A DNA stretch of 64,000 nt from Anaerolineaceae bacterium (lineage in GTDB: Bacteria; Chloroflexota; Anaerolineae; Anaerolineales; Anaerolineaceae), in assembly GCA_036746315.1 (NCBI GenBank), contig DAIOEK010000007.1, positions 19,759-83,758 on the forward strand, read 5' to 3'. The position numbers and the translations under genes are program-made. Shown piece by piece: positions 63,237 through 64,000 of this stretch. The notes under the pieces were generated by a model that searched no databases, was not told the DNA's origin, and saw only the letters and a list, made by a program, of their open reading frames with translations. The stretch's first letter is position 1. Each line of letters opens with the position of its first letter.

Positions 63237-64000
63237 CTAACCTTTCCGGGCAGCTTCGCTGGCGGCGTGGATGTTCACTTCGGGGGTTGTGGTCATCAAG
63301 ACGCAGCCGGTGCCCAGAATGAAATGTCTTCCGCCGCTCTGTGCGATGGCATCTAGGGCTTGTTCACGCACCTGTTGCGGTGTGCCCAGCAGCATCACAG
63401 CGTCGCGGCTCAAACCGCCGCAGGCGCTGCCGGAGAAAGATTGCAATCCACTGGCGATCGATACACCGGTCTCCCGGTCGTGCCAGTTGAGAATTTGCGC
63501 GGGGTAATCCGCCACCGCCGAAAAATGTACCGTGTCGCCATGCAGATGCATCACGTTCATCCAGCCGAAATCACAGGCAGCCAGAATTTCGAGGTCGTCT
63601 TTTCTCGAGAACGCGCTGAACTCGTCTGCACTGAGCAGGGCGGGTTGGGCATGCTGTACCGCGTAGAAAATACCATCCACTGGAATATCGCGCAGCGCTT
63701 CCACGAATTTCAGGGTTGTCTCCAGGATGGTATGCAGTCCCGCGCGTAATTGCCCGGGGTGGTGGCGCAGATGGTCGAGCAGGGTGTTTTGTCCTGCCAG
63801 GTTCTTTGCCTGTGAGAGCGGATTGAAAATGGTCTGGATGATGGGGGTATGCGCCGGCAGGTTTTTGCGGATCAGTTTGACGGCTTCGAGTGTGTCCTGC
63901 AGAACGCCGGCGTGCGGATCCAGGGGCGTCAATTTCTCCCAATCCTCCGGCAGGTGGACGACCCGTTGCGTATAGTCACGGGTGCCTTCCGGGTTTCCCT
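63237..64000 (-). CDS. Uroporphyrinogen decarboxylase (URO-D) family / MtaA-like methyltransferase family protein, partial (N-terminus beyond the window end)
   Basis: The frame stays open to position 64000 (…GNPEGTRDYTQRVVHLPEDWEKLTPLD…). The C-terminal GGRHFILGTGCVL pattern resembles URO-D family ends. Confidence 0.5.
   Translation of the reverse strand, partial: GNPEGTRDYTQRVVHLPEDWEKLTPLDPHAGVLQDTLEAVKLIRKNLPAHTPIIQTIFNPLSQAKNLAGQNTLLDHLRHHPGQLRAGLHTILETTLKFVEALRDIPVDGIFYAVQHAQPALLSADEFSAFSRKDDLEILAACDFGWMNVMHLHGDTVHFSAVADYPAQILNWHDRETGVSIASGLQSFSGSACGGLSRDAVMLLGTPQQVREQALDAIAQSGGRHFILGTGCVLMTTTPEVNIHAASEAARKG

Overview
This 64 kb window reads as a bacterial chromosome of about 55% GC. 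The gene content suggests Chloroflexota/Anaerolineae, but that is inference only. Most of it is compact housekeeping DNA:
- efp and a hsp20-lon operon
- a Na+-translocating biotin-dependent decarboxylase operon (alpha-delta-gamma-beta order)
- a three-subunit molybdenum hydroxylase
- gcvH-gcvPA-gcvPB behind a tandem glycine riboswitch
- ndk, rpoD, a membrane pyrophosphatase, and pfk-fba
- a run of seven polytopic GT-C-like membrane glycosyltransferase genes

The accessory part is an ~8.1 kb element (8732-16849) integrated into tRNA-Arg(TCT). Perfect 48-bp direct repeats bound it. It carries an integrase, an RHH protein, a split DnaB-like replicase with helically phased iterons, and a large-terminase-like gene. 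I recognise no capsid, portal or tail genes, so it looks like a phage satellite or a decayed prophage.

Other items worth follow-up:
- an OsmC-family gene with an in-frame TGA at the conserved Cys position and a hairpin just downstream (candidate selenoprotein)
- a PHP + AlbA_2-like fusion protein inside the heat-shock operon
- two ~107-bp tandem units next to tRNA-Asp, each a tRNA-Asp-like 3' fragment plus a terminator hairpin
- a 1118-aa acidic TPR protein with about 14 'PDWL' motifs
- PPi-type signature residues in both the phosphofructokinase and the pyrophosphatase

All calls come from reading the sequence and the supplied ORF translations. No database search was run, and start codons are often approximate.
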